Origin: Candidatus Nomurabacteria bacterium
GTDB taxonomy: Bacteria; Patescibacteriota; Minisyncoccia; Phycocordibacterales; UBA9973
Direction of reading: 5' to 3'
Assembly: GCA_963842815.1 (NCBI GenBank)
Contig: CAWJHU010000001.1
Coordinates: 12,866-76,865, forward strand
Length of the DNA: 64,000 nt
This document shows, in pieces, positions 10,500 to 20,432 of this stretch. A model generated the notes under the pieces. That model did no database searches, was not told the DNA's origin, and saw only the letters and a program-made list of their open reading frames with translations. Each line of letters begins with the position of its first letter. The first letter of the stretch is position 1. Both the position numbers and the translations under genes were made by a program.

Positions 10500-11558
10500 T
10501 TATATTAAGCGTTCAAGGCCTTTGGGGTTAAGGGAAAATTGATAGGCATTTTCTATGGTAATTTCTCCGGCGCGAACAAGTTCTATGAGCGAATGGTTCA
10601 AATCTATCATTCCGGATTCTGTTCCGGTTTCTATAACCACATCTATTTCCTGGGTGCGCTTTTCCCGGATTAAATTAGCAACGGCATTGGTATTCAGAAG
10701 AAGTTCGCAGGCAGGAATGAGTCCGCCGGTTATTCTGGGAATGAGTCTTTGGGAAAAAATGCCCAGCAAGCTTCCGGCCAGCTGGAGACGAATTTGGTCC
10801 TGCTGGCTGCCGGGGAAAGAATCAATAATTCTGTCTATGGTTTGCGAAGCATTGTTGGTGTGCAAAGTTGAAAGCACCAGATGTCCCGTTTCGGCGGCAG
10901 TTACGGCTGTGGCAATCGTTTCCGGCGTGCGCATTTCTCCTATCATTATCACATTCACATCCTCGCGAAAAACCGACCGAAGAGCGGTATGAAAATCCGT
11001 GGTATCAATGCCGACTTCCCGCTGGTCAACTATAGATTTATTTGGGGTGTAGACATATTCAATGGGGTCCTCAATGGTTATAATGTGGCGCGCCTGTTCG
11101 TCATTAATCAGATTTACCATGGCTGACAACGTGGTTGATTTACCCTGTCCAACAGGGCCAACCGCCAGAAAAAATCCCTGTTTCTTGCGAGCCAATTCCG
11201 CAATAATGGGAGGCAGATTCAATTCCGCCAAAGATTTTACTTTTGGAACCAATCGAAAAGCAACGCTAATCAAACCTTTTTGGAAAAAAGCATTGCCCCG
11301 GAGGCGCGCTTCTCCGCGAAAGTCGTAGGAAAAATCTACTTCTTTGTCCTCCATAAATTTATTTAATTTCGCTTTGTCTAAAATTTCATTCAAAATGCCC
11401 ATTATGTCTTCTTTGGTTAGAACCGGATGTTTCAAAAGAAAAGTAAGTTCCCCTGCCACCCGAATAGCCGGAACTTTTCCAATTCCCAAATGCAAATCCG
11501 AACCATTCTCGTGGATAACGGTTAAGATAAGTTCCTCCAATTCTTTTTTATAATCCAT
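10500..11558 (-). CDS. pilT: Type IV pilus retraction ATPase PilT
   Basis: 352 aa with Walker A 'GPVGQGKST', 'IITIEDPIEY', His box 'GHLVLSTLHTN', and the PilT signature 'AVANLIREKR'. Confidence 0.85.
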   Translation of the reverse strand: MDYKKELEELILTVIHENGSDLHLGIGKVPAIRVAGELTFLLKHPVLTKEDIMGILNEILDKAKLNKFMEDKEVDFSYDFRGEARLRGNAFFQKGLISVAFRLVPKVKSLAELNLPPIIAELARKKQGFFLAVGPVGQGKSTTLSAMVNLINDEQARHIITIEDPIEYVYTPNKSIVDQREVGIDTTDFHTALRSVFREDVNVIMIGEMRTPETIATAVTAAETGHLVLSTLHTNNASQTIDRIIDSFPGSQQDQIRLQLAGSLLGIFSQRLIPRITGGLIPACELLLNTNAVANLIREKRTQEIDVVIETGTESGMIDLNHSLIELVRAGEITIENAYQFSLNPKGLERLI

Positions 11559-11634
11559 AAATTTATGTGGCGTTAATCTCGCAGTTAATTTTTATTGATA
11601 ATTTTTATTAATTATACCATAAAACAAAAATCGT

Positions 11635-13389
11635 TTATTCGTTCTCGTTGGTGAAATTGAAAACTTCCTTGTAGGGGATAATACCATCCAGAGCTTTGAG
11701 CATGGCATCCTCTCTCATCATAAGCATTCCATTTCCCCGGGCCACTTTGTAGATTTCGGAATCAACGGGATTTTTTAATATTACTTCCTGCATTTCTTTG
11801 CCTATTTTGAACATCTCAAAAATAGCAATACGGCCTCGGGTCCCGGAAGGACAATCCTGAGTCGGTACCGTATCATACATTTGATCTTTGATTACAATTT
11901 CTTTTCTAAATTTATCGGGTAAATCTTTTATTTCATCTTCAATCTGCAATTTGATGCTCGGGTCCATGGGTACCAGTTTTCGGCAGGAAGGAAAAGTCAA
12001 TCTGGCCAAACGTTGGGCAACGGACAAAATAAGGGTCGGGGCTATCAGGTACGGGTCAACTCCCATGTCCACCAAACGAGGAATGGCCCCAATGGCATTG
12101 TTGGTGTGCAGAGTTGAAAGCACCAGGTGTCCGGTTAAAGCGGCCTGAATAGCCAGCTGGGCTGTTTCCTTGTCGCGTATTTCTCCAACCATAATTACAT
12201 CCGGGTCCTGACGAAGAATGGAACGCAAACCGGAAGCGAATGTATATCCGATTTCTGGCATCATTTGGGATTGATTTATATCGGGCATATGATACTCTAT
12301 CGGGTCTTCCAGAGAAACAATATTGTATTTCTCTTTATCCAGTTCGTTCATCATTGAATACAGGGTTGTGGATTTACCGGAGCCTGTGGGCCCGGTAATT
12401 AAAATGAGGCCATAGGGCTTGGCCAGCGCCTCCTGAAGCATTTCAAGATTTCTTTTTGATAATCCCAGTTGGTCCAACGGCTTCACTCCTTTTTCCGCAT
12501 CCAAAATACGGATTACCACCTTCTCGCCATAATAGGCGGGCATAGTGGAAACACGAAAGTCAATTTTATGTCCGTCAAGATTAGTGCTGAAGGCTCCGTC
12601 CTGGGGTTTTCTTTTTTCATCCAAACGCAATTTAGCCAGAATTTTTACGCGCGCCACTATTCCACTGGCAACATTGGAAGGCAAAACAATGGATGTATGC
12701 AAAATTCCATCCACCCGAAAACGCACTTTCACTTTTTCTCCGGTATTTTCTATGTGTATGTCGGAAGCATTCTCTTCTATGGCATTGCGCAAAATCACGG
12801 CTACAATTTTTATAACCGGAGCATCTTCCACTATTTTTGCTTCCTCGTTTGATTTTACATTTTTAATTTCTTTGCTCAGAGTATTCAATTCGCTTAGGCT
12901 TTTTTCGTCCAGCGTTTCATCCTGATTCAATTCACTCAATGCTTCTTCCACTTGAACCGAAAGGCCTTTATAACTTTCCATTATGCTTTTATAATCGCTG
13001 TTGGAAATAAGAAAAATTTTAAAAGGAACACCCAGCTTGGCTGAAATAAATTGCAGCGCGTCAATCGCCTGAGTATTTTCTCCATTTAGAATGCCAACCT
13101 CCAACACTCCATCCTTAAATTCAATCGGAGCAAAATTATAATAGGTTGCGGCATCTTCCGGAATGTATTTAAGAGCGTCAAAAAAAGATGTGCTTTTAAT
13201 GTCAACCTTTTTTATCGGCATCTGCAAATATTCTCCTTTAATCTCAAGGATTTTTCCTTCCGGAACGCCGGATTCAATTAGGGCTTCATCAATGTTGCCG
13301 CTATACTTTTCTTTGGCAAGATTTTTAATTTCATCTATCTGGCTTTTGTTGATTGCGCCCTTTTTAGCTAATTCTTCTAAAAAACTCAT
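11635..13389 (-). CDS. pilB: Type IV pilus assembly ATPase PilB (GspE family)
   Basis: 584 aa with an N-terminal GSPII_E_N-like domain, Walker A 'GPTGSGKST', 'SLEDPIEY', and His box 'GHLVLSTLHTN'. Confidence 0.85.
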   Translation of the reverse strand: MSFLEELAKKGAINKSQIDEIKNLAKEKYSGNIDEALIESGVPEGKILEIKGEYLQMPIKKVDIKSTSFFDALKYIPEDAATYYNFAPIEFKDGVLEVGILNGENTQAIDALQFISAKLGVPFKIFLISNSDYKSIMESYKGLSVQVEEALSELNQDETLDEKSLSELNTLSKEIKNVKSNEEAKIVEDAPVIKIVAVILRNAIEENASDIHIENTGEKVKVRFRVDGILHTSIVLPSNVASGIVARVKILAKLRLDEKRKPQDGAFSTNLDGHKIDFRVSTMPAYYGEKVVIRILDAEKGVKPLDQLGLSKRNLEMLQEALAKPYGLILITGPTGSGKSTTLYSMMNELDKEKYNIVSLEDPIEYHMPDINQSQMMPEIGYTFASGLRSILRQDPDVIMVGEIRDKETAQLAIQAALTGHLVLSTLHTNNAIGAIPRLVDMGVDPYLIAPTLILSVAQRLARLTFPSCRKLVPMDPSIKLQIEDEIKDLPDKFRKEIVIKDQMYDTVPTQDCPSGTRGRIAIFEMFKIGKEMQEVILKNPVDSEIYKVARGNGMLMMREDAMLKALDGIIPYKEVFNFTNENE

Positions 13390-13397
13390 AATTTAAT

Positions 13398-13832
13398 TTA
13401 GGGTGTTTTTACGGTGGTTGAAGGAGTTGCGGGAATTATAGGTGCTGAAGGAGTTGAAGACGGCGGAGTTGTTATTGTTGCAGGAGTATCATAACCAATC
13501 GGGGCAAATGGATTTGTCCTGCCTTCGTCTCCGGGAGCAGTAAGTAAAATACTGGAATCATGTAAATTGACAAAAGCCGGGTCAGAAAAAATAGTATCGT
13601 CCAGTTTTATGCTTTTAACGCTCAGCAGAACGGAAAGAAAATTTTGAGCTATGGCAGAATTTTGGTCTAGAGTGCTTGTATCCGTTGATGTTGTATCGGT
13701 TGTTGTGGAAGAAGTTGAAGAGGAAACCAGATTTTGCTGTTCCGGGGCCGGTTTGATAAAGAAAATATAAGCCAGAATCAAGATAGCGGCAATTACTGTA
13801 AAGATTATTATGTTTTTTATTTTTGAAGCCAT
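13398..13832 (-). CDS. Pilus-locus membrane-anchored Ser/Thr/Pro-rich protein, possibly PilP-like
   Basis: N-terminal TM helix and low-complexity S/T/P-rich tails. The assignment rests on gene context only. Confidence 0.4.
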   Translation of the reverse strand: MASKIKNIIIFTVIAAILILAYIFFIKPAPEQQNLVSSSTSSTTTDTTSTDTSTLDQNSAIAQNFLSVLLSVKSIKLDDTIFSDPAFVNLHDSSILLTAPGDEGRTNPFAPIGYDTPATITTPPSSTPSAPIIPATPSTTVKTP

Positions 13833-13833
13833 T

Positions 13834-14424
13834 TTAATTTTTTAACCAATAAGTTCTAATTTTAAAATCATATTTATAGGCCTGAGATAAAGACGGATTA
13901 AGCCCTATACTTGTGCTCAAACCTGAAGAAAACTGAATTGAAGATACGTCTACAATTCTAAGATTATTTTCCAAGTCTTTAATAAAATTAATAAAATTAT
14001 TGTAGGTTCCCTGGGTGGAAAATTCCAAATTCCAGGTGCCGTAATCACTATTGGCTCCGGGAGCGGCCACTACAGTCGTTTGTGGTGTTGTACTGCTATC
14101 ATCCGTTACGTCATATTTAACATTTTTAAGCACCATGCCGTAGGGCGACGCTATTTTTTCTATTTCAAGAATCAAGCGGATATTATCAACATTGTCCGGT
14201 AAAAGTTTTTGAAGCTTGGATAGATTTTCCGGGTCAAAAGAATTATATTTTTGAGTTAATTTGTCCCGCTCAGCTTCAAGGGCTTTGGAATTATCAAGCG
14301 CTTCGTTGTAGGAAGCTATTTGCTCTCTTTCCGAGGAAATGCTTTGGTAAAGCGGACTGGTAAACATAAAAAATCCCGCAATGGCAACTCCTATTAAAAT
14401 GACCGGCAAAATATATTTGAACAT
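13834..14424 (-). CDS. pilO: PilO-like type IV pilus inner-membrane component
   Basis: Single N-terminal TM, a coiled-coil, and a position between pilN and pilB. Confidence 0.55.
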   Translation of the reverse strand: MFKYILPVILIGVAIAGFFMFTSPLYQSISSEREQIASYNEALDNSKALEAERDKLTQKYNSFDPENLSKLQKLLPDNVDNIRLILEIEKIASPYGMVLKNVKYDVTDDSSTTPQTTVVAAPGANSDYGTWNLEFSTQGTYNNFINFIKDLENNLRIVDVSSIQFSSGLSTSIGLNPSLSQAYKYDFKIRTYWLKN

Positions 14425-14426
14425 AA

Positions 14427-15068
14427 TTAATTTAATACTTCTCCGCTATTGGGAATTACAATGGAGGAATTTCCGTTTGTGGTCTGAAGCGTTTTTTTAT
14501 AATCAATAAAATTTGGGTCGACCGAAAAATTCAAATCAAAAGTAACGTTGCCTTTGTCGTCCAAAGAAAGATTGGAAAAAACAGGGTCAATCAAATATTT
14601 ATTTTTTGAGAAAAGGTCCGCCTGAAGAGCGATGGAGGTATAACCTATGGCCGTCCCGCTCATTTTTACTATTATTTTTGCATTTGCACTGCCATCAAAA
14701 TCGTAGCTGAATTTGGTATAGCCGATGGTCTTCATTGTAATTGCCTGGAGCGCGTTAAAAATGGGAGAAATGGCAACGTGGTTGGCTAAAATTTCATTGG
14801 AAGCAATCAAACGCTTATCCAGAACCTGAAGCTGGACTATTTTAGACGGTTCAAAACGGTCTTTGGCTAAACTCAAATCATTTTCCATTTGGGTAATATT
14901 CTTTGCCAAAACCCCGTTATAAAAATAAAGAGCTCCCGTGGCGACAATCAGGGTAAAAAAAATAAAAATAGAAATAATAGTAAAGAGACCGATGGGTCGT
15001 GATGAGATGGGTCGCTCCTCTATCATCGGCTTCTTGGGTATAAAAGATGTTTGAAAATCTTGTTCCAT
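14427..15068 (-). CDS. pilN: PilN-like type IV pilus inner-membrane component
   Basis: Short cytoplasmic N-terminus, a single TM helix, a periplasmic domain, and a position downstream of pilM. Confidence 0.6.
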   Translation of the reverse strand: MEQDFQTSFIPKKPMIEERPISSRPIGLFTIISIFIFFTLIVATGALYFYNGVLAKNITQMENDLSLAKDRFEPSKIVQLQVLDKRLIASNEILANHVAISPIFNALQAITMKTIGYTKFSYDFDGSANAKIIVKMSGTAIGYTSIALQADLFSKNKYLIDPVFSNLSLDDKGNVTFDLNFSVDPNFIDYKKTLQTTNGNSSIVIPNSGEVLN

Positions 15069-15090
15069 TTTGTTTATTATATTATCTCAC

Positions 15091-16218
15091 TTACTGCAAT
15101 TTTCGCAAGGCTAATCCCAAAGCAACTGCAAACTCTGGGCCGGTGGTTTCCAATACCTTTCCTAAAAATTCCGGCGCACTAACCTTGGAGAAGGGATGCC
15201 CTATTTCTATTTCAGCCCGGAAATTATTGGAAGCCACTTCCTTTAGCCCTTTCAGGAGAGACCCTCCGCCTGTAAATATTACTTTGCTGATGGTTCTATC
15301 GTATTTTTTCTCGTAACCCAATAATACATTATTCGTTTCCGAAAAGATATAATCAATATGGGTCCTGATGATATCTGCCAACCCTTTTTCGGCGGGATTT
15401 TCAAAAAGACCGTATTCTTTTTTCATTTCCTCGGCTTTGGGGAATGGAATGCCCAGGGATTGAGAAATAGATGAGGAGATGTCCGCTCCTCCGCGGTTTA
15501 TGCTATGGTGATTTTTAACCATACCGAATTCAACTATGGAAAGTTTCGTGCTGGAAGCGCCAAAATCCATCAAAAGTACCGGAGAGAGTTCATGCTCAAA
15601 ATTTGCCCGAATGGAGGAAAAAACTTCAATCTCAAAAAACCCGGCTTCCAGGTTGCACTGGGAAACGATGGAACGATATTTTGAAATCGCGTCATTTTGA
15701 ATTGCCACCACAAGCACTTCTGTTTTTTCCGGCAACATGGCCGGCAAATCCGGATTATTGGTTTCTTCAAAAGATGGCTCCTTTTTGGGTAATATGAAAT
15801 AATCCAAGGAAACTTCCGTGATGGGTAATGGAATATATTTGCGGGCTTCTGTGGGAACAATGGAAGCCACTTCGCTTTCTTTAACCTGGGATGGAAGCGT
15901 AATGGTAAAAATCAAACTTGATTGCACCGGAATAGCAAAAGCCGAAGAGGTTGTGGTTGCGCCGGACTGTTTTAAAACTTCTTTTAGGGCTTCCACTATT
16001 TTTTCAATGGGAAGATTGGTAACGCGACCCACATCAACATCCGCATAGGAACCAAGCTCAATGGCGCCGTAGGTTTCAAGCACTGCCCTGCCTCCTCTTT
16101 TTTTTATTTCAACCACCTTAATGGCGGAAGAACCGATGTCAATGCCGACAGCACTACCACTCTCACCGCCTCCAAAAAGGTTCAAATTGGAAAAAAGTTT
16201 TTTGACTGGATTATTCAT
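15091..16218 (-). CDS. pilM: PilM (actin-like ATPase fold) type IV pilus assembly protein
   Basis: 375 aa with the 'VGIDIGSSAIKVVEI' phosphate-1 motif and 'FGASSTKLSIV'. It heads the pilMNO block. Confidence 0.8.
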   Translation of the reverse strand: MNNPVKKLFSNLNLFGGGESGSAVGIDIGSSAIKVVEIKKRGGRAVLETYGAIELGSYADVDVGRVTNLPIEKIVEALKEVLKQSGATTTSSAFAIPVQSSLIFTITLPSQVKESEVASIVPTEARKYIPLPITEVSLDYFILPKKEPSFEETNNPDLPAMLPEKTEVLVVAIQNDAISKYRSIVSQCNLEAGFFEIEVFSSIRANFEHELSPVLLMDFGASSTKLSIVEFGMVKNHHSINRGGADISSSISQSLGIPFPKAEEMKKEYGLFENPAEKGLADIIRTHIDYIFSETNNVLLGYEKKYDRTISKVIFTGGGSLLKGLKEVASNNFRAEIEIGHPFSKVSAPEFLGKVLETTGPEFAVALGLALRKLQ

Positions 16219-16250
16219 TTTCTTGAATTACGTCTATAATTATAACATAT

Positions 16251-16910
16251 ATGCGTTTTCTAAACACCATATTAAACATAGTTTTCCCTGTGAATTGCGT
16301 TTCCTGCGGGAAAGAGGGTTCGGATTTGTGCTTAAACTGTCTTTCGAACTCTCCTTCGGCGGAAAGGGAAAGCGCCAATTGGATATTTCCTCTGTTTGAT
16401 TACCGTCATATTCCCATTAAAAAATCCATCTGGCTTTTAAAATATAAAGGCAAAAAACATTTGGCGGACATTTTTGCGGAAATTATGTACGACAAAATAA
16501 TGGAGGAGCTTTCGGAATTAAGTCTTCTGAAAAATTTTCGCGAACCAATTTTAATTCCCATTCCCCTTTCTCCAAAAAGACACAGGGGACGGGGTTATAA
16601 CCAGGCGGAGTTAATTTGCAGAGAATTAATAAAAATAAATAATTTGCGCCATGGTGTGGAGATGAAGCTGGAAAAAAATATTTTAATAAAAACAAAAGAA
16701 ACGGAACACCAGGCAAACATCAAAGATAGGAAGGACAGATTAAAAAATCTCACCGATTCTTTTTCTATTAAAAATGGAGAACTGATAAAAAACAAAAATA
16801 TAATTCTGATAGACGATGTCAGCACCACCGGCGCGACTTTAACTGAGGCTAAAAAAATACTGAAACAATCCGGCGCCAAAAAAGTAATCGCTTTCACCGT
16901 GGCGCATTAA
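16251..16910 (+). CDS. comFC: ComF-family protein (ComFC-like phosphoribosyltransferase with an N-terminal zinc ribbon)
   Basis: 'CVSCGKEGSDLCLNC' zinc ribbon, PRTase motif 'IILIDDVSTTGATL', and a divergent position next to the T4P locus. Confidence 0.75.
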   Translation: MRFLNTILNIVFPVNCVSCGKEGSDLCLNCLSNSPSAERESANWIFPLFDYRHIPIKKSIWLLKYKGKKHLADIFAEIMYDKIMEELSELSLLKNFREPILIPIPLSPKRHRGRGYNQAELICRELIKINNLRHGVEMKLEKNILIKTKETEHQANIKDRKDRLKNLTDSFSIKNGELIKNKNIILIDDVSTTGATLTEAKKILKQSGAKKVIAFTVAH

Positions 16911-16945
16911 AAATAAAAAGACTGTCTTACGGGACAGTCTTTCGA
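16911..16945. terminator. Hairpin after comFC (aaagactgtc-ttacgg-gacagtcttt)
   Basis: 10-bp perfect stem. The T-run is better in the minus-strand orientation. Confidence 0.4.
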
Positions 16946-17201
16946 ATGAAATGTGTTATTCCTTTTTTCCCTTTCCTTTTGGTTTAACAAAAAATACAAA
17001 ATAGAATATTTGTAAATAGGGTGCTGATATTAAAACACTCAAAAAGGAGTAAGCTATTGCGTATTGATTCATTTTTTACCCTTTCTTATTTTAATCTGCG
17101 GATTATTTTGACTAAAAGGTGCTGTGATTTCTTTTTAAGATACTTTTTTAATTATAATTTGTCAACGTGTAATGTTTTATAATTTTTGTTATATTTAACA
17201 T

Positions 17202-18389
17202 ATGAAATATTGCAAAGATTGCGAACCGGCTCAGGAAATACACTGGGTGGCCTATATGTCCGTGGTAATGAGCTACATCGGCGAGCCATTTTTTGATTTT
17301 ATGGAAATGCTTTTTAAGAGTACGGCCGAAGCTATTTCCAATAAATCTTCCATTCCCTTTTTGAAATTGATGGTCTTTCTGGGCTTCGGACATTTTTCGG
17401 AAATACCTGATGGGAAAGACACTCTGCGCACAAAATGTTTTTGGGATGAAGCCAAGAGGCGCGGAATAAAAATGGTTGAGTTTCATATGGGAATAATCAG
17501 GGACGCTTTTATTGCGGAATATAAAGGCAAAAAAATAACTTTTGATGGCCTGCCCCGCCCGGGAGAAGCTGAATCCGATTCCTTGGGATGGATGGATAAT
17601 AAAGGAATAATGAAAATAAAATTTCAAAAGGAAGGTTTGCCGGTGGCCAATGGCGGAACGGCTTTTACCAAAAGAAAGGCACTAGAAATTTTTAACCGTA
17701 TTAAAAAACCGGTCATTACCAAACCGAATTTGGGTTCCCGCTCCCGCCACACTCTCATTCACATAGACACTCCCGAAAAATTAATCTATGGATTCAAAAA
17801 AGCAAAAAAACTTTCTCCTTTGGTAGTAATAGAGGAAGAACTTAGAGGTTATCTTTTCCGAGCCACGCTAGTCGGAGGAAAATTGGTGGGCGTAGTCAGG
17901 CGGGACCAGCCGGAAGCCATCGGAGATGGAGTACACACTTTAAAAGAATTAATGGACAAAGAAAATGCAAGGCCGGAACGCAACGGCCCGATTTTTCATA
18001 AAATCATTATTGACCCGGATGCGGAGATAGAATTAAAACGGGAAGGAATCGGAATGAACGATATTCCCCAGAAAGGACGAATAATAACATTTTCCCAGAA
18101 AACCAGCCGAGGCATCGGCGGAACCACCACCGAAGTCACAGATATGATTCATCCGGAAAATGTAAAAATGCTGGAACATCTTGGCGCGTTTTTGAAAGAC
18201 CCGTTGGTGGGCGTAGATTTGATAATAGAAAGAATAGAAGAACCCTGGTATACCGAACAGCATTGCGGAATCATTGAATGCAATAGTCTGCCTTTTATAG
18301 ATTTGCACCACTACCCTCTTTTCGGAAAACCAAACAACGTTGCCGGCAAACTCTGGGATTTGGTCATGCCGGAATCCAAGACGAGCTAA
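17202..18389 (+). CDS. ATP-grasp ligase, cyanophycin-synthetase-N-terminal-like domain (stand-alone)
   Basis: 'GLPVANGGTAFTKRKALEIFNRIKKPVITKPNLGSRSRHTLI' and downstream ATP-grasp motifs. No Mur-ligase domains follow. Confidence 0.6.
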   Translation: MKYCKDCEPAQEIHWVAYMSVVMSYIGEPFFDFMEMLFKSTAEAISNKSSIPFLKLMVFLGFGHFSEIPDGKDTLRTKCFWDEAKRRGIKMVEFHMGIIRDAFIAEYKGKKITFDGLPRPGEAESDSLGWMDNKGIMKIKFQKEGLPVANGGTAFTKRKALEIFNRIKKPVITKPNLGSRSRHTLIHIDTPEKLIYGFKKAKKLSPLVVIEEELRGYLFRATLVGGKLVGVVRRDQPEAIGDGVHTLKELMDKENARPERNGPIFHKIIIDPDAEIELKREGIGMNDIPQKGRIITFSQKTSRGIGGTTTEVTDMIHPENVKMLEHLGAFLKDPLVGVDLIIERIEEPWYTEQHCGIIECNSLPFIDLHHYPLFGKPNNVAGKLWDLVMPESKTS

Positions 18390-18498
18390 AAAATTGCAAA
18401 CAATATTTTTGCCGGTACGGATTTTTTGAAGCTTAAAAAATCCTGAAATTGGCTCGCCGTCGCTCGCCAAACCCCTTAAAAACTTTGTTTGCAATTTT

Positions 18499-18996
18499 TT
18501 ATTTTATTTTTTCTATAGTAATTTCCGACTTAGGATCAAAAGCGTCCGGGTCCATTTTGAGGTGAGAAATATATTTTTCTTGAATAACGAAATCGCCTAA
18601 AAATTTCAGAAAATCTTCTCTTTTGTCTAACTCCCCTTTTTCTTCTAAATGTTCCAACGGGTGCGCCTCCGGAGTATATTCAAAATGCCCGCAAATTTCT
18701 CCGTCTTTGTAAACTCTTAAATGATATTGGTCCTGAAAGTCCGTTAATTTTCTCCAGCTTAAAACCTGGTCTTGGTCTATCCAGGCGATGAAGTGGTTGC
18801 CAAATCCCCATTTTGAATGGAGGTGCTGTTTCAGTTCTTCCAAAGTCCTGCCGGGAGCCAGCCAGCCGATATGATATTTCTGTCTCCCCTTTTTGTGCCA
18901 AATAAACCCAATTTTCAAAAGAAATTTTCGAACCGGCAAAAAGAAGCTATAAATAAAGTCCCAAGTTTTTTGTTTAAATTCATCCCAAAAATTCAT
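18499..18996 (-). CDS. Hypothetical protein
   Basis: 165-aa ORF convergent with the ATP-grasp gene. I recognise no motif. Confidence 0.4.
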   Translation of the reverse strand: MNFWDEFKQKTWDFIYSFFLPVRKFLLKIGFIWHKKGRQKYHIGWLAPGRTLEELKQHLHSKWGFGNHFIAWIDQDQVLSWRKLTDFQDQYHLRVYKDGEICGHFEYTPEAHPLEHLEEKGELDKREDFLKFLGDFVIQEKYISHLKMDPDAFDPKSEITIEKIK

Positions 18997-19056
18997 AAGA
19001 GTACTATACCATAAATCTTAAATTGACAGAATAAATTAAAAACCTATACTTAGATA

Positions 19057-19809
19057 ATGGAAACAGAAACAAAGTTTAATAAATTATCAACCCCCATAGC
19101 TATTATTGTGGTAGGATTATTGATTGCCGGAGCGGTATATTTTTCTTCCACCGCCAAACCCGCAAACACAACCAATACAAAAGACAATGGCATTCCGGTA
19201 AACACAGAAACTTTAGCGCCGGTTGGAGCACAAGACAGAATTCTCGGAAATCCGAACGCAAAAATTACGCTCATTATGTACGAAGATTTCCAATGTGTTT
19301 TTTGCGGAGCGATTGCCGGCTTTCAGCCTGATTTGATTCAATCTTTGAAACAAAGAGACCCGACCTGGGCTCCTTTTATGCCTGCGGTTGTTGATAATTA
19401 TGTAAAAAACGGAATGGTGCAATTAGTATACAGAGATTGGGCATTTTTGGGGCCGGAATCCATCCAATCGGCCGAAGCGGCCAGGTGCGCCGGAGACCAG
19501 GGAAAATTCTGGCAATATCATGATTATCTTTTCGCCCATCAAAAAGGAGAAAACCAAGGAAACTTTTCCGATTCCAATTTAAAATCTTTTGCGAAGGTTC
19601 TCGGCCTGGATACCGCTCTTTTCGACAAATGTCTTGATTCGGGGAAATATGCCCAAGCTGTGGCAGATTCCAAAGATGAGGGAACTAATGCCGGGGTAGA
19701 GGGTACGCCCAAAGGATTTATTCTGAAAGACGGCAAGGTTATTTCAACCATTGACGGAGCCGAATCATTCACTACGGTAAAACAAAAAATTGACTCCGCC
19801 CTTAAATAA
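19057..19809 (+). CDS. DsbA-family thiol:disulfide oxidoreductase (membrane-anchored)
   Basis: N-terminal TM helix and CxxC active site 'FQCVFCG' in a thioredoxin-fold context. Confidence 0.75.
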   Translation: METETKFNKLSTPIAIIVVGLLIAGAVYFSSTAKPANTTNTKDNGIPVNTETLAPVGAQDRILGNPNAKITLIMYEDFQCVFCGAIAGFQPDLIQSLKQRDPTWAPFMPAVVDNYVKNGMVQLVYRDWAFLGPESIQSAEAARCAGDQGKFWQYHDYLFAHQKGENQGNFSDSNLKSFAKVLGLDTALFDKCLDSGKYAQAVADSKDEGTNAGVEGTPKGFILKDGKVISTIDGAESFTTVKQKIDSALK

Positions 19810-19814
19810 AAATT

Positions 19815-20432
19815 ATGAATTCTATATTCAATCTGGATTTGCCGATATTAATTAAGACTATCGGTTATTTGGGAATTTTCTTTTTCATCTTCGCCGAGTC
19901 CGGATTATTTTTCGGATTTTTCCTGCCGGGAGATTCGCTTTTATTTACAGCCGGACTGCTGGCTTCCCAGGGATATTTCAGCATCCCTATCTTGGTTTTA
20001 TTGGCTGTTTTGGGGGCTATTTTCGGCGACCAAATCGGATATTTATTCGGCAAAGAAGTCGGCCCAAAAATTTTCAACCGGAATGATTCATTTTACTTTA
20101 AAAAGAAACATGTCCTTGACGCAGAAAATTTTTATCAAAAATACGGCAAGAAAACCATTATTCTGGCGCGCTTCGTACCCATTGTCCGCACTTTCGTTCC
20201 TATTTTAGCCGGCGTGGGGAAAATGCATTATAAAACTTTTGTCGCTTACAATATTATCGGCGGAACTATTTGGGGAATGGGCATTACCTTGCTGGGATAT
20301 TTTCTGGGTCAAAAAATTCCCAATATAGATACCTATCTATTGCCCATAATATTATTGATAATAATCGTTTCTATCCTGCCAGGAATTTTTTCCTTTATTT
20401 GTGCTAAAATGAAGAAATGTACGAATCAATAA
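19815..20432 (+). CDS. DedA-family membrane protein
   Basis: 'GLFFGFFLPGDSLLFTAGLLASQG' DedA signature with multiple TM helices. Confidence 0.75.
   Translation: MNSIFNLDLPILIKTIGYLGIFFFIFAESGLFFGFFLPGDSLLFTAGLLASQGYFSIPILVLLAVLGAIFGDQIGYLFGKEVGPKIFNRNDSFYFKKKHVLDAENFYQKYGKKTIILARFVPIVRTFVPILAGVGKMHYKTFVAYNIIGGTIWGMGITLLGYFLGQKIPNIDTYLLPIILLIIIVSILPGIFSFICAKMKKCTNQ

Noticed and set aside
17148-17627. 159-aa minus-strand ORF
   Set aside because: It is antisense to, and fully contained in, the well-supported ATP-grasp gene. The composition is low-complexity.
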